Shown piece by piece: positions 16,732 through 26,672 of a stretch of 42,367 bases of DNA. The position numbers and the translations under genes are program-made. Source of the DNA: a virus (Duplodnaviria; Heunggongvirae; Uroviricota; Caudoviricetes); the IMG/VR virus record IMGVR_UViG_2563366848_000004. One strand, given 5' to 3'. Position 1 is the stretch's first letter. The number at the start of each line of letters is the position of its first letter. The notes below the pieces were generated by a model, which searched no databases, was not told where the DNA came from, and saw only the letters and a program-made list of their open reading frames with translations.

Positions 16732-16999
16732 CCCGACAGCAACTATAAACGCGCTGTTATGTGCTTGTGTTGTTATTACTCTGATGTTTTATCGTCGTGG
16801 TGATTCGCGGCATCGTCCTTGGGTTTCACGTTTAGCCTGGCTGATTACTGTTACATACAGTGCTGTTCCGTTGGCCTATCTCTGTGGGATTTATCCCCAT
16901 TCCTCATGGCCCATTATCGTGGCGAATACTATTTTTCTTTCCGTGCTGGTGGCCGTCAGAGGCAACGTTGCACGCCTGGTTGATCATCTGAGGCACTAA
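16718..16999 (+). CDS. putative holin/antiholin-like membrane protein
   Basis: 93-aa ORF with three hydrophobic segments; GTG start with GGGAGG SD, overlapping the upstream gene; stop overlaps endolysin start. Confidence 0.5.
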   Translation: MELNDPTATINALLCACVVITLMFYRRGDSRHRPWVSRLAWLITVTYSAVPLAYLCGIYPHSSWPIIVANTIFLSVLVAVRGNVARLVDHLRH

Positions 17000-17613
17000 T
17001 GAACCAACAATTATTTCAAAAGGCGGCTGGTATCAGCGCCGGACTGGCTGTGCGCTGGTTTCAACCAGTAGATGCAGCGATGAAAGAATTCGGCATTACA
17101 GCACCCGCGGATCAGGCCATGTTCATCGCTCAGGTAGGTCATGAGTCTGGTGGCTTTAGCGCTGTAGTTGAAAATTTGAACTACACACCATCTGCGCTGG
17201 TGGCGACGTTCGGAAAGAGGATCACACAGCAGCAGGCTGATGCCCTTGGCAGAACATCCGGACATGCAGCTCGTCAGGATGCTATTGCCAATCTGGTGTA
17301 TAGCAACCGCCTGGGTAACAAAGCGCCCGGCGACGGCTGGAAATATCGCGGCAGAGGGTTAATTCAAATCACTGGCCTCGACAATTATCGCACCTGCGGG
17401 GCTGCTCTGAAGTTAGATTTGGTGACTTCACCTGAACAACTGGAACAGGAACTACAGGCTGCGCGCTCAGCTGCATGGTTCTACACCTCTAAAGGCTGCA
17501 TGATCTACGGTGCCGATATTAATCGTGTTACTCGCATCATTAACGGCGGTCTGAACGGTATTGAGGATCGTAAGGTCCGATACAACAAGGCGCGGGCGGC
17601 GCTGCTGGTATGA
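16999..17613 (+). CDS. endolysin, glycoside hydrolase family 19 (chitinase-like lysozyme)
   Basis: 204 aa; motifs FIAQVGHESGGF ... NRLGNKAPGDGWKYRGRGLIQITG ... RIINGG typical of GH19 phage endolysins. Confidence 0.85.
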   Translation: MNQQLFQKAAGISAGLAVRWFQPVDAAMKEFGITAPADQAMFIAQVGHESGGFSAVVENLNYTPSALVATFGKRITQQQADALGRTSGHAARQDAIANLVYSNRLGNKAPGDGWKYRGRGLIQITGLDNYRTCGAALKLDLVTSPEQLEQELQAARSAAWFYTSKGCMIYGADINRVTRIINGGLNGIEDRKVRYNKARAALLV

Positions 17614-18002
17614 AGATGAGTTATTGGGCGCTTATTTTAACGTTTATTGCTTGTATTGCTGGTGGTCTTGTCTGGTCAGCGAATCATTACCATGGAAAGT
17701 TTCTGGAGGAACAGCGGCGCGCTGACGATGCAGAACAGCGCGCTGATTCCTTTGAGACCATCACCGCGAATGTCCTGCGCACCGTAGCAATAACGAACAT
17801 CATTCTGGAGACAAATCAATATGCCAGGCAGCAGATCGCACTGGAGTCACAGAGAACCGAGAACGATATCAAGGCTGCTGTTGCGGATGATGATTGTGCT
17901 GTTCGTTTTGTGCCTTCTGGCGCAGTTAAGCGGCTGCACGACTACGCGAACGGTCTACGTTCCAGTTCCGGTGGTTCCGTTACCAGCCAACCTGACGGCT
18001 GA
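17610..18002 (+). CDS. i-spanin (Rz-like)
   Basis: 130-aa ORF with N-terminal transmembrane segment and charged coiled-coil-like periplasmic part; follows the endolysin. Confidence 0.7.
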   Translation: MKMSYWALILTFIACIAGGLVWSANHYHGKFLEEQRRADDAEQRADSFETITANVLRTVAITNIILETNQYARQQIALESQRTENDIKAAVADDDCAVRFVPSGAVKRLHDYANGLRSSSGGSVTSQPDG

Positions 18003-18165
18003 AACACCCCAGCCAGATTTACCCGATCCGTTTACGTGGGGAGCAAGCCTTAACCTGAATGTTGCGTTGTTGTCAGCGTTAGCACAGTGCAACAGGGATA
18101 AGGCTGATATCAGGACTTTCGAGAACAACAGGGCAGGACAAACAGATGGCACGATTAAACGTTGA
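17887..18165 (+). CDS. o-spanin (Rz1-like lipoprotein), +1 frame overlapping the Rz-like gene
   Basis: MMIVLFVLCLLAQLSGC lipobox followed by a proline-rich sequence; begins inside the Rz-like gene and extends past its stop. Confidence 0.5.
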   Translation: MMIVLFVLCLLAQLSGCTTTRTVYVPVPVVPLPANLTAETPQPDLPDPFTWGASLNLNVALLSALAQCNRDKADIRTFENNRAGQTDGTIKR

Positions 18166-18331
18166 AGTTATCCCACCAGACAGCGAGGTGCTGAACGGGA
18201 TTTTTGCAGAGATTGAGCGCAAATATGCGCGTCAGCCGCTGACGCCAAAAGTAATTGATGAAATGCAACGCGAAGCGACGCGCCTTGTACGGCGAATGAT
18301 AACCACAAAGGTTACGTTCGTCCGGGACTGA
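18146..18331 (+). CDS. small hypothetical protein (61 aa)
   Basis: Track ORF beginning within the Rz1 3' end; weak SD. Confidence 0.3.
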   Translation: MARLNVEVIPPDSEVLNGIFAEIERKYARQPLTPKVIDEMQREATRLVRRMITTKVTFVRD

Positions 18332-18385
18332 CATTACAGAAGCCCTTCACTGAGGGGCTTCGATAATGGAGCACTGGGATTATTC

Positions 18386-19006
18386 ATGAACAGACCACAC
18401 CCACCAGCGCATTTTACGATGCCACCTGACCCGAAGCCTTACATCAGCATAATGCCCGCCATTGACGTTGGCGAGTGGCTGAATCAGCACATCCTGAGCG
18501 ATGAGGGTGACCTCTACAACCCTGACCACCAGCATTTGCTTGAAGCGGATCTGTGCTTTCTCTGGGCGTCGAACACTTTCGAGAAGAAAGGGCGGTCCGT
18601 GCTGGGGCAGGCGGAAGAAGTGGCAATGCGGGCTGGAGGCTGGCAGAAAGCGCGGATGGAGCAGCAGATGTATGAATGGTTCGGCAGGGTGCCGCAGTTC
18701 ATCATCACGCTGGCCGCCGATTACTGCTCGCAATGTTCCGATCTGGAATTCTGCGCGCTGATAGAGCACGAGCTTTATCACATCTGCCAAGCGACAGATG
18801 AATTTGGTGTGCCGAAGTTCACGCAGGAAGGGCAGCCAAAGCTGAAGCTGCGCGGCCATGACGTGGAAGAGTTTGTGGGCGTGGTTCGCCGTTACGGTGC
18901 GAGCCGTGATGTGCAGGAAATGATTGATGCGGCGAATCAGCCAGCGGAGGTTGCTCATCTCGATATTGCCAGAGCTTGCGGGACGTGCATGCTGCGACTG
19001 GCTTAA
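18386..19006 (+). CDS. hypothetical protein with HExxH motif (possible metallopeptidase-like)
   Basis: 206-aa ORF; IEHELYHICQ contains HELYH; located between lysis and terminase genes. Confidence 0.55.
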   Translation: MNRPHPPAHFTMPPDPKPYISIMPAIDVGEWLNQHILSDEGDLYNPDHQHLLEADLCFLWASNTFEKKGRSVLGQAEEVAMRAGGWQKARMEQQMYEWFGRVPQFIITLAADYCSQCSDLEFCALIEHELYHICQATDEFGVPKFTQEGQPKLKLRGHDVEEFVGVVRRYGASRDVQEMIDAANQPAEVAHLDIARACGTCMLRLA

Positions 19007-19036
19007 AACTGGACTGAATAAGACGAATGGTGATTT

Positions 19037-19510
19037 ATGGCTGCATTAAAACCTGATGTGAAAGCCTTCATCATTCAGTCGCTTGCGTGCTATGACACGC
19101 CGACGCAGGTGGTTGAGGCTGTCCAAAAAGAATTCGGGATCAAGATCACCCGCCAGCAGGCTGAATCTCACGACCCCACGAAGGCCAGCGGTAAGACGCT
19201 CGCCAAAAAGTGGATCGAGATGTTCCACGCTACGCGCGAACGGTTCCTGACCGAAACCAGCGACATTCCGATCGCGAACAAATCCTATCGCCTCCGCGTG
19301 CTTGACCGCATGGCAACCAAAACCGAGGGGATGAAAAACTTCTCCCTGACGGCGCAGCTGATTGAACAGGCCGCGAAAGAGGTTGGCGACGCTTACACCA
19401 ATAAGCTGAAGGTTGAAAGCACTGGCAAGGATGGCGGCCCGATCAAGACCGAGACGACCAACCTCACCGCAGATCAGGCCGCAGAGATTTACCGCAAGAT
19501 GATGGGGTGA
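19037..19510 (+). CDS. putative terminase small subunit
   Basis: 157-aa ORF immediately upstream of the terminase large subunit; assignment mainly positional. Confidence 0.5.
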   Translation: MAALKPDVKAFIIQSLACYDTPTQVVEAVQKEFGIKITRQQAESHDPTKASGKTLAKKWIEMFHATRERFLTETSDIPIANKSYRLRVLDRMATKTEGMKNFSLTAQLIEQAAKEVGDAYTNKLKVESTGKDGGPIKTETTNLTADQAAEIYRKMMG

Positions 19511-19535
19511 TAGCCGCATGTTGCGGCTATGGATT

Positions 19536-19748
19536 CTAGGCTTGTTTTGGTCGAGTAATACGGCCAAGAGCTTTAATTGCAGCGACTTTGACGTTGTGAT
19601 TTAGATCCGAAGATAAATCAAGTAAGCGATTTACATGAGCTGGCGTTGCTGAAGCACTCTCGCCGAGAGCATAAATTGCAGACAATTTTACTTCGTTGTT
19701 AAGGTCGTTGGTTAATTCCAACAACTTAGCGCTAACTGCTGGTGTCAT
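19536..19748 (-). CDS. hypothetical HEAT-like repeat protein (70 aa), antisense between terminase genes
   Basis: Internal ATG preceded by AGGAGG; two repeats of N.VK.AAI.ALG type (NEVKLSAIYALGE / NHNVKVAAIKALGR); comparatively AT-rich. Confidence 0.4.
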   Translation of the reverse strand: MTPAVSAKLLELTNDLNNEVKLSAIYALGESASATPAHVNRLLDLSSDLNHNVKVAAIKALGRITRPKQA

Positions 19749-19819
19749 AAAACCTCCTGTAATTGGTACATAAACAATATCAACTTTGTTACGCAAAAAC
19801 TCAATGCCTGGAATTGTTT

Positions 19820-21442
19820 ATGCCTCTTCCGTTTGAATTCGATTTCAGAAACCCTGATTACCAGATGGTTTTTGAATGGCGGATGGAGCGCTTACAGCGC
19901 ATTCGCCAGAACCCTGAAATGCTGCCAGCACTAAAGCAGTTTTACCGCACCAACCCGGCACAGTTCATCATCGACTGGGGTATGACTACTGACCCGCGTA
20001 ACATCGATTATGGCCTGCCGGTCACAATCCCTTTTCTGCTGTTCCCGAAACAGGAAGAGTGGATTCACTGGATCATTGAGCGGCGCGAACGACTGGAGAA
20101 CGGCATCACCGAAAAGAGCCGCGAAATGGGGCTCAGTTGGACCGCGATCGGGCTGGCCTGCTCGCTTTGTCTCTTCAACAAAGAAATGGTTATCGGTTTC
20201 GGCTCCCGTAAAGAGGAATACGTCGACAGCACCGGTGACCCGAAGGCGCTGTTCTGGAAGGCGCGAAAGTTCGTGGAAACACTGCCCATCGAGTTTCGTG
20301 GTTCGTGGGACGAGAAGAAGCATGCGCCGTATATGCGCGTTGAGTTTCCAGATACTGGCGCGGTTATCAAAGGCGAGGCTGGCGACAATATCGGACGTGG
20401 TGACCGTACCACGCTCTACCTGGTGGATGAAGCTGCATTCCTCCAGCGTCCTCTGTTGATTGATGCGGCGCTGTCGCAAACCACCCGTTGCCGTATTGAC
20501 CTGAGCTCGGTTAATGGCATGGCGAACCCGTTCGCGCAGAAGCGCCACGGCGGAAAAATACCAGTATTCACATTCCACTGGCGAGATGACCCGCGCAAGG
20601 ATGAAGAGTGGTATCGCAGGGAGTGCGAGAAAATCGATAATCCGGTGGTGGTGGCGCAGGAACTTGACCTGAACTACAGCGCATCTGCGGAAGGCGTCCT
20701 GATCCCGTCCGACTGGGTACAGGCTGCCGTCGACGCGCATATCAAACTTGGTATTCAGCCAACGGGCAAGCGACTGGGCGCGATGGACGTCGCCGACGAA
20801 GGCCGGGACAAAAATGCCTTTTCGACCCGTCACGGCTTCCTTCTGGAGAACGTGCGTGAATGGTCCGGCGTTGGCAGCGACATTTACCAGTCTGTTGAGA
20901 AGGTCTTCGGCTTTTGCGAACAGGACAACCTCGAAGAGTTTCGCTTCGACGAGGACGGCCTGGGTGCTGGCGTTCGCGGCGATGCGCGCGCCATCAACGA
21001 ACTGCGTTACGTAGCGCGCCGACCGTCAATACTCGCCACACCGTTTCGTGGTAGCGGCGCGGTATTTGATCCGGACGATGAAGCGGTGCGCGGGGACAAC
21101 GGACAGGCCGCACGCCTGAACAAGGACTTCTTCGCCAACGCCAAGGCCCAGAGCTGGTGGTGGCTACGCAAGCTTTTCCAGAACACCTATCGCGCCGTGG
21201 TTGAGGGCATGGCCTACAACCCGGACGAAATCATCTCAATCAGCAGCGCCATGGCGAGCAAAGACAAACTCATCATTGAGCTGTCGCAGCCGACCTACTC
21301 CATTAATGGCGTGGGGAAAATCGTTGTTGATAAACAGCCTGATGGCACCAAGTCGCCGAACCTCGCCGACTCGGTGATGATCAGCTACGCGCCAATGAAT
21401 TCAGCCCTGAACATCTGGGAGCTGCTAGGGAGACAGGCCTGA
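19820..21442 (+). CDS. terminase large subunit
   Basis: 541 aa from ATG 19820 (track ORF starts at TTG 19763); ATPase Walker-B-like [10 protein letters not shown] and C-terminal nuclease-type region; followed by portal with ATGA overlap. Confidence 0.8.
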   Translation: MPLPFEFDFRNPDYQMVFEWRMERLQRIRQNPEMLPALKQFYRTNPAQFIIDWGMTTDPRNIDYGLPVTIPFLLFPKQEEWIHWIIERRERLENGITEKSREMGLSWTAIGLACSLCLFNKEMVIGFGSRKEEYVDSTGDPKALFWKARKFVETLPIEFRGSWDEKKHAPYMRVEFPDTGAVIKGEAGDNIGRGDRTTLYLVDEAAFLQRPLLIDAALSQTTRCRIDLSSVNGMANPFAQKRHGGKIPVFTFHWRDDPRKDEEWYRRECEKIDNPVVVAQELDLNYSASAEGVLIPSDWVQAAVDAHIKLGIQPTGKRLGAMDVADEGRDKNAFSTRHGFLLENVREWSGVGSDIYQSVEKVFGFCEQDNLEEFRFDEDGLGAGVRGDARAINELRYVARRPSILATPFRGSGAVFDPDDEAVRGDNGQAARLNKDFFANAKAQSWWWLRKLFQNTYRAVVEGMAYNPDEIISISSAMASKDKLIIELSQPTYSINGVGKIVVDKQPDGTKSPNLADSVMISYAPMNSALNIWELLGRQA

Positions 21443-22911
21443 TGGCACGAAACAAGCAATCCTCTCAGCGAACGGCACAGGCCACCGCTGACGGCTACGA
21501 GAACTTCGTCGCCCGCGTTGGGATGCAGACGCCTAACCAGCATTCAGCATCGACCTACCGGGCGAACTTCACCAGCCGCAACCGCATGCTGGTGGAATGG
21601 TCATATCGCGGTTCGTGGGTTATCGGTGAAGCGGTCGACGCTATCCCGGACGATATGACCCGAAAGGGCATTCGCATCACTTCGGAGATTGACGCCAAAG
21701 ACCGTGGCACCCTCGAAGCGCAACTGGATGAGTTGCAGATCTGGGATGCGCTGAACGACGTGCTGAAATGGTCGCGCCTCTACGGCGGCGCGGTCGGCTT
21801 CATCATGATCGAGGGGCAAGCACCAATGACCCCGCTGCGACTCGAAACCATTGGCGAGGGCAAGTTTAAGGGCATTCTCCCGCTCGACCGCTGGATGATT
21901 AACCCGGTGCTGACACGCCGCATTAAAGAGATGGGGCCGGACCTCGGCAAGCCTGAGTTTTACGACGTGGTGACCACCGCAACGGGCATTCCGGCCTGGC
22001 GCATCCATCACAGCCGCCTGATCCGCTTTGATGGCGTCACGCTGCCATTCCAGCAGAAGATGACCGAAAACGAATGGGGAATGTCGGTTGTAGAGCGTAT
22101 CTGGGATCGGCTTACTGCGTTCGATAGCGCTACTGTCGGCGCGGCGCAGCTGGTCTATAAAGCGCATCTGCGTACCTATAGCGTGGAGAAGTTGCGCGAG
22201 CTTATCGCGCTTGGAGGCCCGGCGTTCGAAGCGTTGCTGAAGAACATCGACCTGATCCGCCAGTTCCAGAGCAATGAAGGTATGACGCTCATGGACTCGC
22301 GGGATAAGTTCGAAACCCACCAGTACAGCTTTAGTGGTCTGGATGACATTCTTTCGCAGTTTGCTGAGCAGATCAGCGGTGCCGTTGGTATCCCGCTGGT
22401 ACGCCTGTTCGGTCAATCCCCGAAAGGCTTCTCTACTGGTGATGCAGACCTCGCCAACTATTACGACCGGGTGAGCTCATTGCAGGAGCGCCGCTTACGG
22501 CTGCCGATGCGCCGGATACTGGACATTATGCACCGCTCGGAACTCGGAAAGCCGCTGCCGGACGATTTCACGTTTGAGTTTAACCCGCTATGGCAAATGT
22601 CAGACGTTGACCGATCAACGGTGGCCGTAAACACCACCAACGCGATCAGTACCGCGCTGGGCGACGGATTGATGACGCGTAAGGCGGCGATGACCGACCT
22701 GCGCGAAAACTCTGACGTCACCGGCATCGGGGCATCCATTACCGACGAGGATATCGAGAATGCCGAAGACGAAGCGCCGCCAGGCATCGGCGAACTTGGC
22801 GACAAACCGCCAGAGCCGCCAGGCGGAGATCCGATATCGAACGAGCCTACGGCAGATAGCGCGGGCGGTCGGGGATATCGTAAATGGTCGCTACGATGGT
22901 TCAAACGATAG
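21442..22911 (+). CDS. portal protein
   Basis: 489-aa ORF immediately after terL; size and position typical; acidic C-terminal tail. Confidence 0.7.
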   Translation: MARNKQSSQRTAQATADGYENFVARVGMQTPNQHSASTYRANFTSRNRMLVEWSYRGSWVIGEAVDAIPDDMTRKGIRITSEIDAKDRGTLEAQLDELQIWDALNDVLKWSRLYGGAVGFIMIEGQAPMTPLRLETIGEGKFKGILPLDRWMINPVLTRRIKEMGPDLGKPEFYDVVTTATGIPAWRIHHSRLIRFDGVTLPFQQKMTENEWGMSVVERIWDRLTAFDSATVGAAQLVYKAHLRTYSVEKLRELIALGGPAFEALLKNIDLIRQFQSNEGMTLMDSRDKFETHQYSFSGLDDILSQFAEQISGAVGIPLVRLFGQSPKGFSTGDADLANYYDRVSSLQERRLRLPMRRILDIMHRSELGKPLPDDFTFEFNPLWQMSDVDRSTVAVNTTNAISTALGDGLMTRKAAMTDLRENSDVTGIGASITDEDIENAEDEAPPGIGELGDKPPEPPGGDPISNEPTADSAGGRGYRKWSLRWFKR

Positions 22912-23533
22912 CGTCACCGAAATAATGGATGCGCTGGAGCGCTACAGCGAAATCATCACCCCCTGGGCGACTAAGGTTGCTGAGAGCTTCACCGCCGACA
23001 TTGCGCGCCAGAATGAAAAGCAGTGGCGTCAGCACAGTCGGAACATCAGCGCAGAACTACGCAACATGGTCGACCGCGCCCCGGTAGGCCAGGTGATGAA
23101 ATCCATCGTCGCCGAGCAAATTAAGTACATCAAATCTCTGCCTCTTGAGGCCGCCGATCGGGTGTATGACATTCAGAACAAGGCCATCGAGGCTGTAGTA
23201 ACTGGTGGCCGCGCTGAGCCATTCGCGAAAGAGATAGCTGCTTCCGGTGACGTGTCACGCTCACGAGCGAACCTTATCTCCCGGACTGAGCTTGGGCGCG
23301 CAACCGGTGCATTGGATCAGGCGCGTGCGCTGTCAATCGGCTCGAATGGTTATATCTGGCGTACAGCCGAAGATGGCGACGTCCGGCATTCTCATCGAGA
23401 GATGGAAGGGAAGTTTGTCGAATGGGGCCGACCTCCAACGCTTGACGGCATGACCGGTCACGCTGGCGAGCTCCCGAACTGCCGCTGTTACAAAGAAATC
23501 GTCTTCCCCAACCCTCATTCTTATCTCGCCTGA
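22760..23533 (+). CDS. head morphogenesis protein (Mu F / SPP1 gp7-like minor head protein)
   Basis: C-terminal region RTELGRATGALDQARALSIGSNGYIWRTAEDGDVRHSHREMEGKFVEW typical of this family; track start overlaps the portal 3' end by about 150 nt, next in-frame ATG is 22925. Confidence 0.65.
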   Translation: MPKTKRRQASANLATNRQSRQAEIRYRTSLRQIARAVGDIVNGRYDGSNDSVTEIMDALERYSEIITPWATKVAESFTADIARQNEKQWRQHSRNISAELRNMVDRAPVGQVMKSIVAEQIKYIKSLPLEAADRVYDIQNKAIEAVVTGGRAEPFAKEIAASGDVSRSRANLISRTELGRATGALDQARALSIGSNGYIWRTAEDGDVRHSHREMEGKFVEWGRPPTLDGMTGHAGELPNCRCYKEIVFPNPHSYLA

Positions 23534-23547
23534 ATCGCAGGTAAACC

Positions 23548-24780
23548 ATGAAATATTTTTTCAATACCCGGCTGGGGGAAACCCGTTATCAGCTGGCTGA
23601 CGGCTCGCTGCTGTGCAAAGACGTGCCGATAGGTCGAACGGGTAAGCAGCTTTACGGCGCTGCCGATCTGCCAAACCTCAAACCCGACAAGCTCGGCGAG
23701 ATAGTCGTAACGCGCTCTCCTGATCAGGTATTCCATCCGGCCACGCTCGCCTCATTCGAAGGGATGAGCATCACGATCCTGCATCCTGAAGATGAAAACG
23801 GGAATGTGCGGCTGGTCAACCCCGAGAACTGGAAAGAGCTTGCGGTCGGGCATCTTCAGAACGTTCGGCGCGGGACTGGTGATCAGTCTGATTTGATGCT
23901 GGCTGACCTTATCGTCAAAGACGAAAGCGCCATTCAGCTGATCGAAGATGGTCTGCGCGAAGTGTCGTGCGGCTATGACGCTGAGTACGAGCAGACCGAA
24001 CCCGGAAAAGCCGAGCAGGTCGATATTACCGGAAACCATGTGGCTCTTGTCCCTAAAGGCAGAGCCGGAAATCGTTGTGCAATTGGAGACAGAGACACAA
24101 TGGCAAATCAAAAGAAAAGCTGGTGGACCCGCATGCGCACGGCCATCAAAACGGGTGACGCTGACACCATGAACGAACTGCTGGACTCTGCGCCAGCGGC
24201 GGTAACGGGTGACGAAGGGGATCTGCCGAGCGGCGTTAACCTCAACATTAACCTTTCACCGCAGCAACCATTGCCGGACAAAAAGCCGGAAATGGGCGGA
24301 GAGCCAACCGGCGACGGCGAGGACGATATCAAAACCTTGCTCAAAGCCCTGCTGGCTAAGCTCGAAGGAACTGCGACGGGCGATAACGACAATAAGCCTG
24401 ACGAAAAAGACAAAAAAGATCCGACCTGCGACGGCGAGGACGGCGAAGAGGAAACCACGATTACCGGTGACTCTGCCTATCGTGCCGAGGTTATCGTCCC
24501 GGGTATCGATCTGAGCCGTAAGGTGAAACCGACCGCGTTCAAACGTGATGTGCTGGCTGCCGCTGACAAAACACTGGTTCGCCAGGTTGTCGGTGATGCG
24601 GATATCCGCAAATTGCCCAAGCAATCGGTAGATATGGCGTTTAACGCCGTGTCAGAGATTGCCAAAGGGCGAAACACCCGCAGCACCACGGGCGATGCAC
24701 AACGTCCAAATATGGGCATGACCAGCATCGCTTCCCTGAACAAACAAAACGCCGACTTCTGGTCTAACCGCAAAGGATAA
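23548..24780 (+). CDS. putative capsid scaffolding/maturation protein
   Basis: 410-aa ORF upstream of the major capsid gene with an acidic low-complexity central region; assignment positional. Confidence 0.5.
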   Translation: MKYFFNTRLGETRYQLADGSLLCKDVPIGRTGKQLYGAADLPNLKPDKLGEIVVTRSPDQVFHPATLASFEGMSITILHPEDENGNVRLVNPENWKELAVGHLQNVRRGTGDQSDLMLADLIVKDESAIQLIEDGLREVSCGYDAEYEQTEPGKAEQVDITGNHVALVPKGRAGNRCAIGDRDTMANQKKSWWTRMRTAIKTGDADTMNELLDSAPAAVTGDEGDLPSGVNLNINLSPQQPLPDKKPEMGGEPTGDGEDDIKTLLKALLAKLEGTATGDNDNKPDEKDKKDPTCDGEDGEEETTITGDSAYRAEVIVPGIDLSRKVKPTAFKRDVLAAADKTLVRQVVGDADIRKLPKQSVDMAFNAVSEIAKGRNTRSTTGDAQRPNMGMTSIASLNKQNADFWSNRKG

Positions 24781-24784
24781 TCCA

Positions 24785-25288
24785 ATGACTGCATATCTGT
24801 ACCGGATGCCTGTTGGCATTGCCGGGGCTATCTCTCGCCCGCAGGACTTAACCGTCGAACCGGTGATCCTTAAATCCGCTAACGCCTTCGCTGCCTATGG
24901 TCTGGCTGGCAAATACGACGCTGACGGCTTTTTCGTGCCGCTGGCGGACGGTGACACCGCCGACAAGGTGAAGGGGATCTACGTTCGTCCGTATCCGACC
25001 ACATCACAGCCAGACATGGTTCGCCAGGTGGGGACGGATAAGAACTTCCCGGGTGACGCCATGAAGCGTGGCTACATGACCGTTAACCTTGGTTCTGACT
25101 TTGATGCCAGCACCATCAAAAAAGGTGACCCGGTATACGTTGTTGTCTCCACTGATGAATCTATTAAAGTGCCGCTGGGTGGTTTCTGCTCTTCAAGCGT
25201 GGAAGGGAAAACTGTCGTACTCGCGAATGCTGAATTTACTGGTGCCGGTGACGCTAACGGTAATGCAGAAATCTCCTGGAAGATTTAA
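24785..25288 (+). CDS. putative head structural/decoration protein
   Basis: 167-aa ORF between scaffold-like and major capsid genes. Confidence 0.45.
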   Translation: MTAYLYRMPVGIAGAISRPQDLTVEPVILKSANAFAAYGLAGKYDADGFFVPLADGDTADKVKGIYVRPYPTTSQPDMVRQVGTDKNFPGDAMKRGYMTVNLGSDFDASTIKKGDPVYVVVSTDESIKVPLGGFCSSSVEGKTVVLANAEFTGAGDANGNAEISWKI

Positions 25289-25299
25289 GGAACAGACAA

Positions 25300-26241
25300 A
25301 TGATTACTTTTGATCAGGCAACCGTAGATAGCTCCGGTGCCTTTCTCATCGGGGAGCTGGAGCGACTCGACCAGACGCTGAACCTGCCTCTGGTGGGGTA
25401 CACCTGGACCCGAGATATTCAACTGCGTGAAGACGTGTCTATCGCAGATGACATTTCCAGCTGGACGAATACCAGCTTCGCCGCTGCGGGTACTGGTGCA
25501 AATCCGAATGGTAAAAACTGGGTAGGCAAAGACTCCACCGCTATTGCTGGCGTGAACGTGGATATCAGCAAAGACGGCAATCCACTGAACCTCTGGGGTA
25601 TGGAACTGGGCTGGACCGTTGTAGAGCTGGCAGCTGCTCAGCAGGTAGGCCGCCCGATTGATACCCAGAAGTACGACGGGATGCAGCTCAAATGGCAGAT
25701 GGACAACGACGAGCAGGTTTACATCGGTGATGACGCACTCGGCCTGAAAGGTCTGGCAAACCTCGTCGGTGTGACGCTGAACAACGCGCCGAAGACCTGG
25801 GCGAACTCAACCAACGACGAGATCCTCGATAGCGTGAACAGCATTCTGTCTAATGCCTGGGCAGCATCCGGTTATTCCATCGTGCCTTCTGATCTGCGCA
25901 TTCCGCCAGAGCAGTATTCACTGCTGGCGAGCCGTAAGGTTTCCGAAGCGGGTAACCAGTCACTGCTGACCTATCTGGCTGTGAACACTATCGCTTTCCA
26001 CCAGAACGGCGTTCCGCTTGAAATCAAAGCGGTCAAATGGCTGAAAGGGCGTGGGGTTGGCGGTAAAGACCGTATGATCGCCTACACCAACGACAAGAAA
26101 TACGTGCGCTATCCGCTGGTGCCGTTGCAGAGCGTTCCTGTCCAGTATCGCGGTCTGTATCAGATTGCGACCTACTACGGCAAGCTCGGTGCGGTTGAGC
26201 CAGTGTACAAAGAAACCCTGTCCTACGTGGACGGTATCTGA
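25300..26241 (+). CDS. major capsid protein (putative)
   Basis: 313-aa ORF with strong codon usage in the head-gene block after scaffold-like and decoration-like genes. Confidence 0.6.
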   Translation: MITFDQATVDSSGAFLIGELERLDQTLNLPLVGYTWTRDIQLREDVSIADDISSWTNTSFAAAGTGANPNGKNWVGKDSTAIAGVNVDISKDGNPLNLWGMELGWTVVELAAAQQVGRPIDTQKYDGMQLKWQMDNDEQVYIGDDALGLKGLANLVGVTLNNAPKTWANSTNDEILDSVNSILSNAWAASGYSIVPSDLRIPPEQYSLLASRKVSEAGNQSLLTYLAVNTIAFHQNGVPLEIKAVKWLKGRGVGGKDRMIAYTNDKKYVRYPLVPLQSVPVQYRGLYQIATYYGKLGAVEPVYKETLSYVDGI

Positions 26242-26282
26242 TAACCAGAACGGCCCCGAAAGGGGCCAGAAGGGAACTGAAA

Positions 26283-26672
26283 ATGGCGAAAGAAAAGCTG
26301 GTTACCATCCATGTTCACACCCCGTTTACGCTGACGCTCGGCGATCAGTCAAAAAGGGAGTTTGGCCGGGGACGGCATAACGTACCGGAAGAGGTCGCGT
26401 CGCACTGGTTCACCCAGGCGCACTCCGAGCTTTCCGAAAGCGTGATTAGCGACACCGATGATCTGCAACCCATTATCGACAGCCTGCAAGCTCAGATTGC
26501 CGACAAAGATAAGCAGATTATCGATAAAGATCAGTTGATTGCCGATCTGCGAGAAGCGCTGCTTAAGCTGCAAGAGCAGAACGACAGCCTGCAAGCGCAG
26601 ATTGCTGCCGCCCAGACTGGCGGTAATGGGGCGAAAGATGCCAAAGAATCAAAGCCTGCCAACAGTAAGTGA
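26283..26672 (+). CDS. hypothetical head-associated protein with C-terminal coiled coil
   Basis: 129-aa ORF; heptad-like [44 protein letters not shown]. Confidence 0.5.
   Translation: MAKEKLVTIHVHTPFTLTLGDQSKREFGRGRHNVPEEVASHWFTQAHSELSESVISDTDDLQPIIDSLQAQIADKDKQIIDKDQLIADLREALLKLQEQNDSLQAQIAAAQTGGNGAKDAKESKPANSK

Noticed and set aside
19931-20833. 300-aa minus-strand ORF (and other long antisense ORFs such as 21601..22416, 13812..14543, 29030..29554, 31629..32198)
   Set aside because: They lie entirely inside well-supported plus-strand genes (terminase, portal, nin genes, sheath, tape measure), lack SD sequences, and are the usual antisense open frames of GC-rich coding DNA.
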